DNA of 64,000 nt from the human T2T-CHM13v2.0 reference genome, Homo sapiens. The stretch lies in assembly GCF_009914755.1 (NCBI RefSeq), contig NC_060927.1; one strand, given 5' to 3'. The notes under the pieces are model-generated. The model worked only from the letters and a program-made list of their open reading frames with translations, did no database searches and was not told where the DNA came from. This document shows positions 40,081 to 55,300 of this stretch, in pieces. The position numbers and the translations under genes were made by a program. Positions within the stretch are counted from its first letter, which is position 1. Each line of letters opens with the position of its first letter.

Positions 40081-42826
40081 TTTTTTTTAACTTTTATTTT
40101 TTGGTTTGAGGGTACATGTGAAGGTTTGCTACGTATATAAACACATGTCATGGGGGGTTGTTGTACATATTATTTCATAAGCCCAGTACCCAATAGTTAT
40201 CTTTTCTTATCCTCTCCTTCCTCCGACCCTCCCCCTTGAAGTATCCCCCAGTGTCTGTTGTTTCCTTCTTTGTGTATATAAGTTCTTATCATTTAGCTCC
40301 CCTTATAAGTGAGAACATGCAGTATTTGTTTTTCTGTTCCTGCATTAGTTTACTAAGGATAATACCTCCACCTCCATTCATGTTCATGCAAAAGACTTGA
40401 TCATGTTCTTCTTTATGGCTGCGTAATATTCCATGGTGTATATGTACCACATTTTCTTTATCCAACCTCTCATTGATGGGCATTTAGGTTGATTCCATGT
40501 CTTTGCTATTGTGAATAGTGCTGCAATGAATGTTTGCATGCATATGTCTTTATAGTACAATGATTTATATTCCTCTTTGTATATACCCAGTAATGGGATT
40601 CCTGGGTAGAATGGTAGTTCTGCTTTTAGCTCTTTGAGGAATCCCCATACTGCTTTCCATGACAGTTGAACTAATTTACACTCCCACCAACGGAGTATGT
40701 GTTCCCTTTTCTCAGCAATCTCACTAGCATTTGTTATTTTCTGACTTTAGTAATAGCCATTCTGACTGGTGTGAGATGGTACCTAATTGTGAATGATTTG
40801 CATTTCTCTAATGATCAGTGATATTGAGCTTTTTTTCAAATGCTTGTTGACTGCATGTATGTCTACTTTTGAGAAGTGTCTGTTCATGCAATTTACCCAC
40901 TTTTTAATGGGGTTGTTTGTTTTTCTCTTGTAAATTTTTTTAAGTTTCTTATAGATGTTGGATATTAGACCTTTGTCAGATGCATAGTTTGCAAAAATGT
41001 TCTCTGCTTTCCTTATAAAACTGAATGCCTTTAAGAGAACACAAGTCACCTCTTGAATGCTTTGCTGCTTAGAAATTTCTTCTGCCAAATACCCTAAATC
41101 ATCTCTCTCAAGTTCAAAGTTCCACAAATCTCTAGGGCAGGGGCAAAATTCTGCCAGTCTCCTTACTAAAACGTAGCAAGAGTCACCTTTGCTTCAGTTC
41201 CCAACAAGTTCCTCATTTCCATCTGAGACCACCTCAGCATGGACCTTATTGTCCATGTCGTTATCAGCATGTTGTGCAAAGCCATTCATCAAGTCTCTAG
41301 GAAGTTCCAAACTTTCCCACATTTTCCTATCTTCTTCTGAGCCCTCCAAACTGTTCCAACTTCTGCCTGTTGCCCGGTTCCAAAGTTACTTCCACATTTT
41401 CAGATATCTTTTCAGCAGTGCCCCACTCTACTGGTACCAATTTACTGTTTTAATCCATTTTCATGCTGCTGATAAAGACATACCCTAGGCTGTGAAGAAA
41501 AAGATGTTTCATGGACTTACTGTTCCACATGGCTGGGGAGGCCTCACCATCATGGCAGAAGGCAAGGAGGAGCAATTAACATCTTACATGAATGGCAGCA
41601 GGCAAAAAGAGAGCGCTTGTGCAGGAAAACTCCCCCTTATAGCACTGTCAGATCTCCTGAGACTTATTTGCTGTCATAATAACAGCATGGGAAGGACCTG
41701 CCCCCATCATTCAATTACCTCCAATTGGATCCCTCCCATAACATGTGGGAATATAAGATGAGATTTGGATGGGGACACAGCCAAGCCATATCAACTCTAT
41801 TGATAGTTTCTTTTGCTGTGCCAAAGCTCTTAAGTTTAATTAGATCTCATTTGTCAATTTTTGCTTTTGTTGGAATTGCTTTTGGTGTCTTTGTCATGAA
41901 ACCTTTGCTCATTCCTATGTCCAGGATGGTATTGCCTAGGTTGTCTTCCAGGGTTTTTATAGTTTTGGGTTTTACATTGAAGCCTTTAATCCATCTTGAG
42001 TTGGTTTTCGTATATGGTTTAAGGAAGGAGTTCAGTTGCAATATTCTCCATATGGCTAGCCAGTTATCCTAGCACCATTTTTTGAGTAGGTTGTCTTTTC
42101 CCCATTGTTTGTTTTTGTCAGCTTTGTGAAAGATCAGATGGTCATAGATGTGAGGCCTTATTGCTGAGCCCTGTATTTTGTTCCATTGGTCTATGTGTCT
42201 GTTTATGTACCATGCTGTTTTGGTTACTGTAGCCTTGTAGTATAGTTTGAAGTCAGGTAACATGATGCCTCCAGCTTTGTTCTTTTTCTTAGAGTTGGCT
42301 TAGCTATTTGGGCTCTTGTTTGAATTTTAAAATAGTTTTTTCTACTTTGATGAAGAATGTCATTGGTTGTTTGATAGGAATAGCATTGTATCTTTAAGTT
42401 GCTTTAGGCAGTATAGCTATTTTAATGATATTGATTCTTTCTATTTATCACCATGGGATGTTTTTCCATTTGTTTCTGTCATCTCTGATTTCTTTGAGCA
42501 TTGTTTTGTAATTCTCATTGTAGAGATCTTTCACCTCCCTGGTTAGCTGTATTCTTAGGTATTTTATTCTTTTTATGGCAGTTGTGAATGGGATTGCCTT
42601 TCTGATCTGGCTCTTGGTTTGGTTGTTGGTGGTGTATAGGAATACTAGTGATTTTTGTACATTGATTTTGTATCCTGAGACTTTGCTGAAGTTGTTTATT
42701 AGCTGGAGGAGCTTTTGGGCTGAGCATATAGGATTTTCTAGATATAGAATCGTGTCATCTGCAATCAAAGATCGTTTGCCTTCTTCTCTTTCTATATGGA
42801 TGTGCTTTATTTCTTTTTCGTGCCTA
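40081..42826 (-). mobile_element. 5'-truncated older primate L1 (L1PA13-16/L1PB-like), interrupted by THE1
   Basis: L1 3' UTR at 40081; ORF2 C-terminal remnants in the ORF track ([32 protein letters not shown]). Confidence 0.92.
41005..41793 (-). mobile_element. Truncated THE1 (LTR 41446-41793 plus about 440 bp internal)
   Basis: LTR ends ggggacacagccaagccatatca; the internal part is the reverse complement of THE1-int. Confidence 0.9.
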
Positions 42827-42887
42827 ACGGACTGTATCCAGGGTTCAGAAATTCTCTTGAGGACTGTGTTCCTTTGGGAAGTGCTGC

Positions 42888-45174
42888 TGATATAGTTTGG
42901 CTGTGACACCATTCAAATTTCAGCTTGAGTTGTATCTCTCAGAATTCCCACATGTTGTGGGAAGCACCGAGAAGAAGGTTACTGAATCATGGAGACCAGT
43001 CTTTCCTGTGCTATTCTCATGATAGTGAATAAGTTTCATAAAATCTGATGGCTTTATCAGGGGTTTCCACTTTTCTTCTTTCTCATTTTTCTCTTGCTGC
43101 TGCCATGTAAGAAGTGCTTTTCACCTCCCACCATGATTCTGAGGCCTTCCCAGCCATGTGGAACTGTAGGTTCAATTAAACCTCCTTTCTTTGTAAATTG
43201 CCCAGTCTTGAGTATGTCTATCAGCAGCGTGAAAATGAACTAATACAATAAATTGGTACTCTAGAGTGGGCCACTACTGAAAAGATATTCGAAAATGTGG
43301 AAGTGACTTTGGAACTGGGTAAGAGGCAGAGGTTGGAAGAGTTTGGAGGGCTCAGAAGAAGACAGGAAAATGTGGGAAAGTTTGGAACTTCCTAGAGACT
43401 TGTTGAATGGTTTTGCCCAAAATCCTGATAGCAATATAGACAATAAAGTCCACACTGAGGTGGTTTCAAATGGAAATGAGGAACTTGTTGGGAACTGGAG
43501 TAAAGGTGACTCCTGTTACGTTTTAGCAAAGAGACTGGTGGCATTTTGCCCTTGCCCTAGACATCTGGGGAACTTTGAACTTGAGAAAAACAATTTAGGG
43601 TATTTGGCAGAAGAAATTTCTAAGCAGCAAAGCATTCAAGAGGTGACTTGGGTTCTGTTAAAGGCATTCAGTTTTATAAGGCAAGTGGAGCATACAACTT
43701 TGGAAAATTTGCTTCCTGACTATGTGATAGAAAATAAACTCATTTTCTGGGGAGAAATTCAAGCCGGCTGTAGAAATTTGCTTAAGTAGCAAGGAACCTA
43801 ATGTTAATCCCCAAGAGCAAGGGGATAATGTCTCCAGGCCATGTCAGAGGCCTTTATGGCAGCTCCCCCAATCACAGGCCCAGAGACCCAGGAGGAAAAA
43901 GTGGTTTCCTGGCCTGGGCCCAGGGTCCCTGCACTGTGTGCAGCCTAGGGACTTGGTGCCTTCTGTCCCAGCTGCTCCAGCCATGGCTGAAAGGGGCCAA
44001 CACACACCTTGGGCTGTGGCTTCAGAGGATGGAAGCCCCAAGCCTTGGCAGCTTCCATGTGGTGTTGAGCCTGCCAGTGCAGAGAAGTAAAGAATTGAGA
44101 TTTGGGAACCTCCACCTAGAGTTCAGAAGATATATGAAAATGCCTGGATGCCCAGGAAGAAGTTTGCTGCATGAGCAGGGCCCTCATGGAGAACCTCGGC
44201 TTGGGCAGTGCAGAAGGGAAATTTGGGGTCAGATCCCCCACACAGAGTCCCTACTAGGGCACTGCCTAGTGGACCTGTGAGAAGAGGGCCACAGTCCTCC
44301 AGACCCCAGAATGGTAGATTCACTGACAGCTTGCATAGTGCACCTGGAAAAGTGGCAGACACTCATGAAAGCAGCTGGGAGGGAGAGTGTACCCTGCAAA
44401 ACCACAGGGGTGGAGCTGCCCAAGACCATGGGAACCTACCTCTTGTATCAGTGTGGCCTGGATGTAAGACCTGGAGTCAAAGGAGATCATTTTGGACCTT
44501 TAAAATTTGACTGCCCTGCTGGATTTTGGACTTGCATGGGCCCTGTAACCCCTTTGTTTTGGCAAACTGTCTCTTATTTGGAACAGCTGTATTTTCTCAA
44601 TATCTTACTCCCATTGCATCTAGGAAGTAACTAGCTTGTTTTTGATTCTACAGGCTCATAGGCAGAAGGGGCTTGCCTTGTCTCAAATGAGACTTTGGAC
44701 TGTGGATTTTTTGGTTAGGGCTGAAATGAGTTAAGACTTTGTAGGACTCTTGGGAAGGCATGATTGGTTTTAAAATATGAGGACAGGAGATTTGGAGGGT
44801 CTGGGGCAGTATGATATGGTTTGGCTGTGTCCCCATTCAAATCTCAACTTGAATTGCATCTCCCAGAATTCCCACCTGTTGTGGGAGGGACCTAGAGGGA
44901 GGTTATTGAATCATGGGGACCAGTCTTTCCTGTGCTATTCTCTTGATAGTGAGTAAGTCTCACGAGATCTGATGGATTTGTCAAGGGTTTTTGCTTTTGC
45001 TTCTTCCTCATTTTTCTCTTGCTGCCACCATGTAAGAAGTGCTTTTTGCCTCCTGCCATGATTCTGAGACCCTCTCAGCCACGTGGAATTCTAAGTCCAA
45101 TTAAACCTCCTCCTTTTGTAAATTGCCTAGTCTTGGGTATGTCTTTATCAGCAGCATGAAAATGGACTAATATA
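42888..45174 (+). mobile_element. Full-length THE1A MaLR element (LTR 42888-43247, internal, LTR 44812-45174)
   Basis: Two similar LTRs (TGATAT...ACTAATAC/TA) and a 5-bp TSD GCTGC at 42883-42887 and 45175-45179. Confidence 0.95.
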
Positions 45175-45679
45175 GCTGCCCTGTATTGACAGCACCCCAG
45201 GCAACTTTGCTAGCTTAATAGGACTAAGTGGGAACTTCTTTATTTCTTTTCTTCTGGCATTCATTCCCTTGTAAGACGTCCTATGTATACAGTAATATGT
45301 GTACACACACATTTAATTTCCTTCATTATTTTGTATCTCTTGCTTTACTTCAATACTGGATTCGGGACAGAGGCTCATGTGGAGTACATTTAATCTGAAA
45401 TTGACTGTACAAATTTACTTTCAAAATATAAGATGTGGGGGCAGATATTTGAAAGCATGTGGCATGGGGGTAATCTCCTAATATTAACGTGGTACTTATC
45501 CTGCTGAACTATATGTATATCATACCACATGTACTTTGGGAACCGAACTGGACACTGGAAAGTCAGCTATAAAAGAAAGGCTGTGCCATCCACCTACACA
45601 GCTACTTCCCACTCAAGGACAGACAATGGAATGCATTCACAAAGTAGGGTGAGGTCCTGGCTCAATTTGGACTGTTATT

Positions 45680-46200
45680 AATCCACAGGATGATTGTAGT
45701 AGCTTCCTAACAAATCTCTGTGTTCCACTCTTGTCCCACAGTCAGACCAGAGTAATATTTTTAAAACATGAATTTGGGTTATACCACATCCTGGGTAATT
45801 TCAAAAGTTTTCCATTACTCTTAGAATAAAACCTAAACTCCCTTTCTGGCCTCGTATAACCTGGCTTCTGAATATGTAAGACTCGTGTGCCATCTCCCTC
45901 TCACTCACTCTAGCCCATGTGCACCGTCTTCTTCAGTCTCTTGAATATTCCTGGCCTTCCCCTACCTGACTGCAGGAATGTGCTGCTCCATCCACCTGGC
46001 ATGTTCCTCCCTCACCTTTCACATCAGCCTTCAGATCACCTCTTCAGAAAGGTCTTTCTCAACTATTTAATGTCACGTAGGCTTACCACTATCACTGTCG
46101 CCTCTCCCTCTCATTATTTATAATTGCTGCTTCTTTTCAGGTTTCTTTAATGGCACGCATCACATTAACATAATTTTGTGTGTTTGGTCTCTTTTCCTGC
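45680..46200. mobile_element. L2 fragment
   Basis: tagcttcctaacaaatctc...ttagaataaaacctaaactcc...atcacctcttcagaaaggtc. Confidence 0.6.
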
Positions 46201-46596
46201 TTTGGCACATACCACATTAACATAATTTTATGTGTTTTGTCTTTTTTCCTGAGTTCTAATGAAAGTTAATGTGTGATACAAAATGTTCATACTCAGTTTC
46301 CACTCCCATATGTCCATATATTTGCTCCAGGCCTCCTTGTCTCCAATCTCCCCATTCCTTTTATTCTAGGCCCTTGACAAGATAGCCAGGCCATTGGTCT
46401 TGACTCAAGCATCTATTTATGTCGTTACCTCAGGCCATTTCTCCTTCCTCATGAAGTAGATGCCCACGCTCCTAAGTCACAACTCCACACTTTAGGAAGA
46501 TTTCTTCTCTATTGACTTCCAATGCTGTCCTCAGATGTTCTTGAAGGCTGCCACTGTCATTTTTGGCCTTCAACCACTTACCAAGTTAACCTATCT

Positions 46597-47200
46597 GTAA
46601 AGTAAGCCTGGCCTTGGGAAGGAGAAAAGCAGGGCTTGACTGTTAAGACCCGATCTGGCACTATTAGCTGAGCCTGGCGTTGCTGAAGCTGGCCTAGAAC
46701 TCACAGTTAGATTTTGGTGTCTTCTTACTGAACATACAACTACTTAATGAAATCAGCATCAGACAAGGTCTCTTCATGAGTGTCATGGATCAAGACAAAA
46801 ATAAGAGCATTCTGTAATCAGTTATAAACACATTTAAAAAAACTGTTCAAACCACAAAAATATCCACATATCCTCTCATCCTAGCTAATTTGCATTACTG
46901 CTGCTTCTTTACCTAATTATAACTAGCTTCATTTCCTGCATCCTGCCTTATAAGATTTATTATGATATCCAGTCATGGAATTGTCCCACTTTCTGACAGC
47001 ATTGAGTAGACAGCAAAGCCCTAATTCCTTGAACCCTCTCCACAACAAGCTAACACTAACCTAAATCCTATATTAAGTTCTTTCTAACACCCTCTTATTG
47101 AGATGTTCCATGGATCCTCATGGTATATATTCTTCCTTGCTACAACAAATAATGAGTCCAACAGATACAGCTGGTTGTCTTTGGCTGGAGAGCACTTTCA
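46597..47200 (+). mobile_element. MER67-like ERV1 LTR
   Basis: atcagcatcagacaaggtc...catggatcaagacaaaaataagag motif. Confidence 0.7.
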
Positions 47201-47209
47201 GACCTTTTC

Positions 47210-50200
47210 TACCTCCTTCATCCAGTCTTAGAAGTGAAGTAGGGAAACATTGCTCATATAACTGCAGTGGGTAATAGGGATATTCGGGTTACTGCTCATG
47301 CAGCTAAGTTCTGGTCCTGCTTGGGCTCAATCTGGGCACATCATTTTCGTCTTTTGGTTGACTTATGCTTGGTTGATTTTATGACTTAGAAGAACTGAAA
47401 TAATCCAGCTCATGATGTGCAGTTCCAGACATATGGTCATGTAGAGCCTCACGGTCAAGTTTTCATTGCTTCCATGAGCTGTTTAACCAAAAAATGTATT
47501 ATTTTCTCTGCTGTAGATGGCATTGTCCTACTCCTGAATATCAGAGCTTGCATTGTGAGTCTCCACTGGGGCTTAGCATAAGTTTCATGCTACATCTTTT
47601 TCCACCAGATACCTGAAACCTTCCCTGTCACTCAGATTATGGACCAGAGCATTAGGCATAGAATATGTTGCCTCCAGAACCCAAAAATAACTATCAGGCT
47701 TTCTGCTTCCTTCTTTGTGGTATGGGACTGCAAAATATATATTCTGGCAAACTCCTGACCATTGGATCTGTAAAGGCTTCACTGAAGTGTCAGGAATCTA
47801 AATCTTCATGGGGATTATCCCCCACCCTCTGGAATGCATGTATTAAATGTCTTATCAAGGCCTCCTGTGTACTAGCCATCTATTGTTTGCCCTGCCTGAT
47901 CAGCATGATCTTATTGATGTAACGCATACAGTGCAACGTTCTGTGGGTTGACCAAGCAGCCCAGTTATCTTCAGTCTACAATATGACAAAGAGCAGAAGA
48001 GTTAACATGGCCCTGAGGAAAAACTATAAATGGGTATTTTTGTATATCCCACATGAATGTGAACTGTTTCTGATCCTCTTTTATCATGAGAATAAACAAA
48101 AATATATTCATCCAAATCTATGGCTACCTGTCCTGTACCTGAGGACTTTTTATCTGCTCTAGCAAAGATGTCACCCTCCCATAATAGTTACAATCAGGCT
48201 ATTACATTATTGAGGTTGCAAAAGTCTACACTCCAGGATTTTTCTGAGTTTTTTAGGGGTCATATTGAGTCAATAAAGAGAGATATAATAAGGATACTCT
48301 ACTTACCCCGTTCAACATTCTTTGGCTGTTTAATGATGGCATTAACATCTACCATCTTCCTAGAATGTAATATTACCCTTTATTTACTCCCTTGGCATAG
48401 TGAGTAGAGGGCAGATACAGAGGTTTCCACTTGACCTTTCTGACTCTGATAGTTCTTACTCCAAAGGCCAGGACACAATGTGGGCATCACTCTGGCTGCC
48501 AAGTATGTAATTTCCAACAAAATTCTTGTGGACTGAAAAAGTGACAACTAAGTGGGTCTTCAAACACAGTAAGCTTCCTATGAGTTGGATTGTAATAATA
48601 AATTTATTTATTATTTAGCCATGTGAGCTTCCACAGGTCCATGATTACTCTTAAGGTCCCTGGATAGCAACATTAACTCAAACTGTCTGTACCCAATATA
48701 CAGTTACTCAAGTCAACAGCAGTAGGCTGCATAATGTGCAGCATCCGGTACAAATAAAAATGTGGGATCCTTTGTTTAAAGAATTTCAAGATGGTAACAG
48801 TAAAACACTAAACCAAGTGAGGGGCCCTTCTAAGAGCAGAGTTCAGTATATGTTTCTGACGTGCCTGGCTATAGGTCTGTTTAGAGAAGCCTAATGGAAT
48901 TGCCACACTATATATACTTACAGGTTTCTTTCACTGAGAAACCCAGCTACCTCTTCAGTCAACAAATTCTGTATCTCAAAATGGGCTCAGGTCAAAGAAT
49001 CTAATGAGAAAGTCTTTCTTTGTATTGGGATGAACATCCTCAGCCTCCTACTGACCCATTCTTTCCTTTTCTTAGCTGTTAAGCAGCACTCTTGTTGGCT
49101 GCCACCTTATTCTTCCTCTAGGAATGCCATATTCTATCAACCATTCCCAGAACTCACTGCAGGTCAAGCCCCCTGGCTGTGACTCTGACCTTGCTGGTCA
49201 TAATGGTAAATATGGCCTCCTAGCATGTGGTAGGTAAGTGCCACCCTTGGCCTCTGTTCTTGAGGGTAGAGGGGCATCATTTACATGGATATTAACAGTC
49301 CCAGGTCTATGACCACCTCTCCTACCCCCAGCTCTGAGACACAGAGGAGAGCCAGGATTGAACTTAGTGATCCTGCTACCCTTCCAACTAGCAAATTCCT
49401 GATGTCCTTAGTGAATCTTGATGACCTTCGAGTGTCCACTTGGCTCCCTCATCTAACATAGTCTTCTGGTGAATTTTCTGGCTTCATATTATATATCCAT
49501 TCTAGCCATGTCCTCTTCCCTCAGCCTCTTTATTTCTTATCTACCGTCTTGTAGGGAAACCCATGAAATTTCTCTTCATTTAGCATTGATCATCACTTTT
49601 TCCAGACTTTTTCAAGCCACCCTAGCTGTGAGCTTGCCCTATGCACGGTGGTTCTTAACAGGGTGTTAAAGCCCACGTCATAAGAAAATGCCCCCAAGTC
49701 AATAAACTGTTTCCTATGTGGACTTATTTTTTAGTCCCCTCAATCAAGTACCTGCAAAAATCAATTTCTAGGGATGTCCATGGCTTCTGCTGATACATGC
49801 TAGCTAATTCTGGCAACTCTTTGGTATATTATTCATGCTTTACTTTATCATGACCAGTACGTCTTCAGCTGAGCTCTGCTGGAAATTAGCACTGTCTGGG
49901 ACCTGGCAGCCCAAAAAGGAAGTAAAAGCATTTGAGAGGGGGGATATATGTTGCTTTATGAAGTAATGCCTCTGCGATGTCTTTCAGTGTGAGGGAAGCA
50001 CTAGCTCTTACTAGGAAAGGGTGGTCCATCTCCATAATCTCTGAGGATTTAGGAGAGTCTGCAAAACCAACTTATCAGGGGTATCCACTTAATGCCCCTA
50101 TCTATATTTCCAGGTCTCAGGTGTTTCCAACCAGCCTTAGCTAAACATTCAAATGTCTCTAGAGCTCTCTGACTCTAACTACCACATTTTCAGTGGGCTG

Positions 50201-50640
50201 CTTAGCTTTGTTTTTGCAAAGAGGGCCTTGTCTTTTTGTAAGACACCAAAGATGTCCTCTGACTCTCACACTTAGCCTTTAACTGCTTGTTAAGAGCCCT
50301 AAGTTTTTCAATATCCCTCTTCAAGGTATCAGTACAACTTAGCAGTAACCATAAAGCTCTGCTATCCTTGTAGGTGCTGTTAAGAACCATATCTGTAGGC
50401 ACTGTTCCCACCATAACTGCCAAAAGCCCGAATCTGAGGACCTACAAGCATCTCTCCCTCCAATAGATGTTTTTCCAGATCAACCTCAGTAAATTGTATA
50501 GCAATCATGCCTTCTCCTTCAGCCCCAAACTGTCCAAAGTCCACGTACTTCAGGAAGCCATCCTATTTGCTTGATAAGGGAGTGGGCCAGTCCCAAAACC
50601 CCCATTTCGTTCTCCACTCTTGGACCTCTCTCAGGACCAC
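47210..50640 (-). mobile_element. Degenerate ERVL-class internal region (gag/pro/pol remnants)
   Basis: Minus-strand RT-like EDQKQFTFMWD near 48040-48080 and gag-like LWLLLSCTDTLKRDIEKLRALNKQLK at 50202-50423. Confidence 0.7.
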
Positions 50641-51537
<897 letters not shown>

Positions 51538-52119
51538 TCTTTCATGATGGCCATTTTTTTTCTTGAACCAGAGGTTGTCCACAAGACAGTTCATCAGGAA
51601 ATTGAGACACATTCTCTTAGCTTTCATTCATCTTGGCATAATATTTTTCACTCATCTATTACGCACACCTTTGAAAGAAAATGGCTTTCACCTGTATAGT
51701 TTTTATAGGGTAGAACCATCTAAGACACTTTCTTTCATGTACATTTATCCCATGACTAAAGCTTCTCCAGGAAAGTATTTGTAATGGTTATTTCTTGTAG
51801 GTTAATACAAAAATGATGCCCATTGACTGTGCAAAATTTGAAAACTACAGAAAAGTATAAAGAAGAAAATATTCTTTTCACTCCATAATTCAGAAATAAT
51901 TACAATTAGGAGCTTATGAATTTTCTTTCTTTTCCTTTGCCTTTGTGATATGGAAAATCTACATTTTCCATACCATGGAAATACACTGCATAGATTGCTT
52001 TGCTTCTTCTATTAGATGATTTATTTTTGGTTTTAAAAATAATTTTTTACCTTGATTATGTAGAAGACATTAGTAAGAAAAGAAGAAAATTAGAGAATAA
52101 ACTTGACCAATAAATATTC

Positions 52120-52325
52120 TCTGTATATACATACATATATATACACACATACACACATGCATACTTATATACATATTTATTATACATGTTACACTATAGT
52201 ATATTTTATATATAGAGAGAAATATACACATATGAATATAAGTAAATATGTACATTATGTGCAATATATACATATACACATATATACACATAAATGTGCA
52301 TATATGCATACATATCTATATAAAT
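52120..52325. repeat. (TA/CA)n degenerate microsatellite
   Basis: Alternating purine-pyrimidine tract. Confidence 0.85.
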
Positions 52326-55300
52326 ATTATCACTCTATATTTATTCTCTCTCTTCTCATATTTCCCTCTCTATGTATACTCAGGGTCTTGATCTGGAAAA
52401 GAAGGATTTTTTTTTACTTTGAAAATATTTGTTGCAATTATTATAACAATACTAATGGTAATTCAGTTCCATGGGGAAAATTATTTATACTATTCAGAAG
52501 TAGAATATAAGAGATAACTGAAGAAGAATTCAGATGGATTAAATAAATCAGTGGCAGAGCAACAGAATAATGTACTAACTAACCAAAGACAGTGAAGGTT
52601 AGTTGTGTTTTCAGACTGAGGCTATTCCTGCAAGGTAGCACTTTAAATTTACCTCGTAGAAACTTGACACAGAGATGTTGCTGTAAACAAGACCTACTCA
52701 GGGGTCACCCCGTGGGGATTCCCCTGTAAAGATGCCCTGAGAATCATGTCCATCCCACAGAAGCATTTGATCAGTGCATCCACCCCCACATGCTTAAACG
52801 GTGCGCACGCCCCAGATTTCAAAATAAGCAGAGTTAACATTCTTGACTCCTGGCCCAAATGTGGATGCCCGCCATGAGCTCATGCCTTCCTTTGTGGGCT
52901 GGCATTCGCAGGGCTTATGTTATCCTGCTAACTGGACCAGGAAAGAGACACTGAGGGACATGTGCTGGAAACCATGCATACGTAGGACTCTGAGATTTTT
53001 GACTGCGCACAAATGTATTATGAATCTTTTTGAGAGTCAAAAGCAAAAATGTGGTCATAAATGTCAGGGAAATGGGTTAATTTGAGATCAGATCCTGGCT
53101 CTACCACTATCTGGCTGAATGATTAATGCAGAGTCACCAACTATCTCTTCCTGTGTGAAATGCAGTTAACCTAACTTGGCTATTTCCTAGGGTTTTTAGT
53201 AGTTATCTAAATAGGTAATGGACATAAAATATTTAGTAAGTGGCAAGCTGTATAAAAATTCTGGTTTTGAAGATGCAATATAAAGAGGAGAGATCTTTGT
53301 TTTATTTATCTTTATTTTCCTAAATCCCGTCTCAACACCAGGCATACCATAGGCATTTAATTAATGTTATTTCATTGAGTGGATGAATTGGGTTTGGGAG
53401 TTAGAGCTGGGTCCATTACAGGCCACAGCGGCTGATGGTTATTTCATCGTGTGATTGTAAGTTTGTTTCTTAAGCCGTCTGAGTCTTAGCTTCCTCACAC
53501 ATGAAATGGAGGTAATGACACCACTTGTTCTAGCCATCTACTTCGCATGACAGTTGAGATGTTGCAATGAGATACTGTCTGTGAAAGTGTTCTGTACGAT
53601 AAACCACGATACAAAGCCTTGTTATTTTTAAGTCATTCTGATTTCTAAGATTTTTTTTCTAAGTAAATGATCTCTAAATTTCTTTTTAACTTTCAGTATG
53701 GCTAATTTTCAAAAAGAGAAATTGATAAATGTCTCTCTAGCCCCTCTTTTGTGAGCTGTGTTCCCTAGGTAAACACTATATTTCAAGAAGCTACACCCCC
53801 AAAAGAAATCATTTTGCCATAGGCTTTGAAATATACACATTGGGCTTTTGTTTCCTTGTCTCAATTGCATCTCCTTGCCTTCCAGAAATTGTGGCTTTTA
53901 TGACTTCCTGATGATCAGTACCAAATCAACAAGGCACAAATTTGTGAATCTATGTCTGAAAGAGAGGTTCAGCAACAGCTGTCTTATGGGCTCAAACTAA
54001 CCAAGGGAAGGTAAATAAGAATGCTTCATTTTATTATCTCCCACCTACACACATGCTTCATGAATACTGTAAACATATTCTTATTGCATCAGTCTTCATC
54101 AGGTTACCAGATATTTCAAACCAAAAGCCCAGTAGGCAAACTGATCATTACTAACTTGGGGTCACAGCCATGCCATAGTTATCCTTTTGTCTATGAAGTT
54201 GAAGATGATAAAAGGAAAAGAAGATCATTCTTGATTCTACTGGGATCTATTTGAGCATAGGAAATGGATTTTGTTGATCAACTTGTTACCAATGGCCCCT
54301 AGCACACTGATGGGGACACAGAGGAGGTCCTAAAAGAATATTCATGTTGAATCCATTAATCAGCTATCAAATCAATGAGTGCTATGTAGTCTTGTGAGAG
54401 AATCACACTGAAACCCCACTAGGAATTTAGGTCCCATCACAACATCATTCACTGTAATGTATTTGCAATAAGCAATCAACCAAATGCATTATAATCAGAG
54501 ACCAGACACACTAAAGGTCAATTTATTTGGAAGACTCAGTATGTATTATGTTTCCCTTTTATTCGTTCAAAACCTAGAGTGTGCTATGTATAACAACAGT
54601 CAAAGCTATTATTGTGGGTAAAAAATAAATAAATAAATATAAGTCCTCTTACACTGGCTGTTTAGAAGTTCACAGATAAATTCATGGCGCTTTAACACAA
54701 GTATGGAACTTCACATTATACAGTTTGTGAATAAACACTATCTTTGATTTTTGTCTTATTTTACTTACCATTGATGTTTATGCTGAGTATTAATTTCCTC
54801 ATATACCTACATATGTTTTTGAAATTATTTAGAAATCCATAGTTATGGTAAAAAGCATATATTAATGCCATGTACCATATTAACTGCTTTTAAGTGTACA
54901 GTTTCATAGTGGTAAATATATTTACATTCTTTTGCAGCAGATCACGTAAATTTTTCATCTTGCAAAACTGAAACTCTATACTCATTAAGCTACCTCATTA
55001 CCCTGTCACCCCCACCCCCATAACTTTACATATGTGTGGTTTTTAATGTTATAAGTATTTCACAAGCTAACTCAAATCATTTTAGAACAAAGTGATTTTA
55101 TGTAGATAGAATAATAGATGAATCATATGTCAATATAGCCTTTAAGAAGTTTATACTCATAAAATCATAGACTCTTGGGGTTGAACAGAATCTTTAATAT
55201 AATATATAACAGCCTTTCCTCCTGCAGCCCCAATCTAAGGCTTGATAGACATACTTGCTGTTTGCAGCACTACCCCATTTATTTTCCTACAGACACAAGA

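Noticed and set aside
42448-44634. ORFs of 100-159 aa
   Set aside because: Fragments of decayed L1 ORF2 and THE1-int, broken by stops and frameshifts.
52070-52510. 135 and 79 aa His/Tyr-rich ORFs
   Set aside because: Artefacts of the (TA/CA)n repeat.
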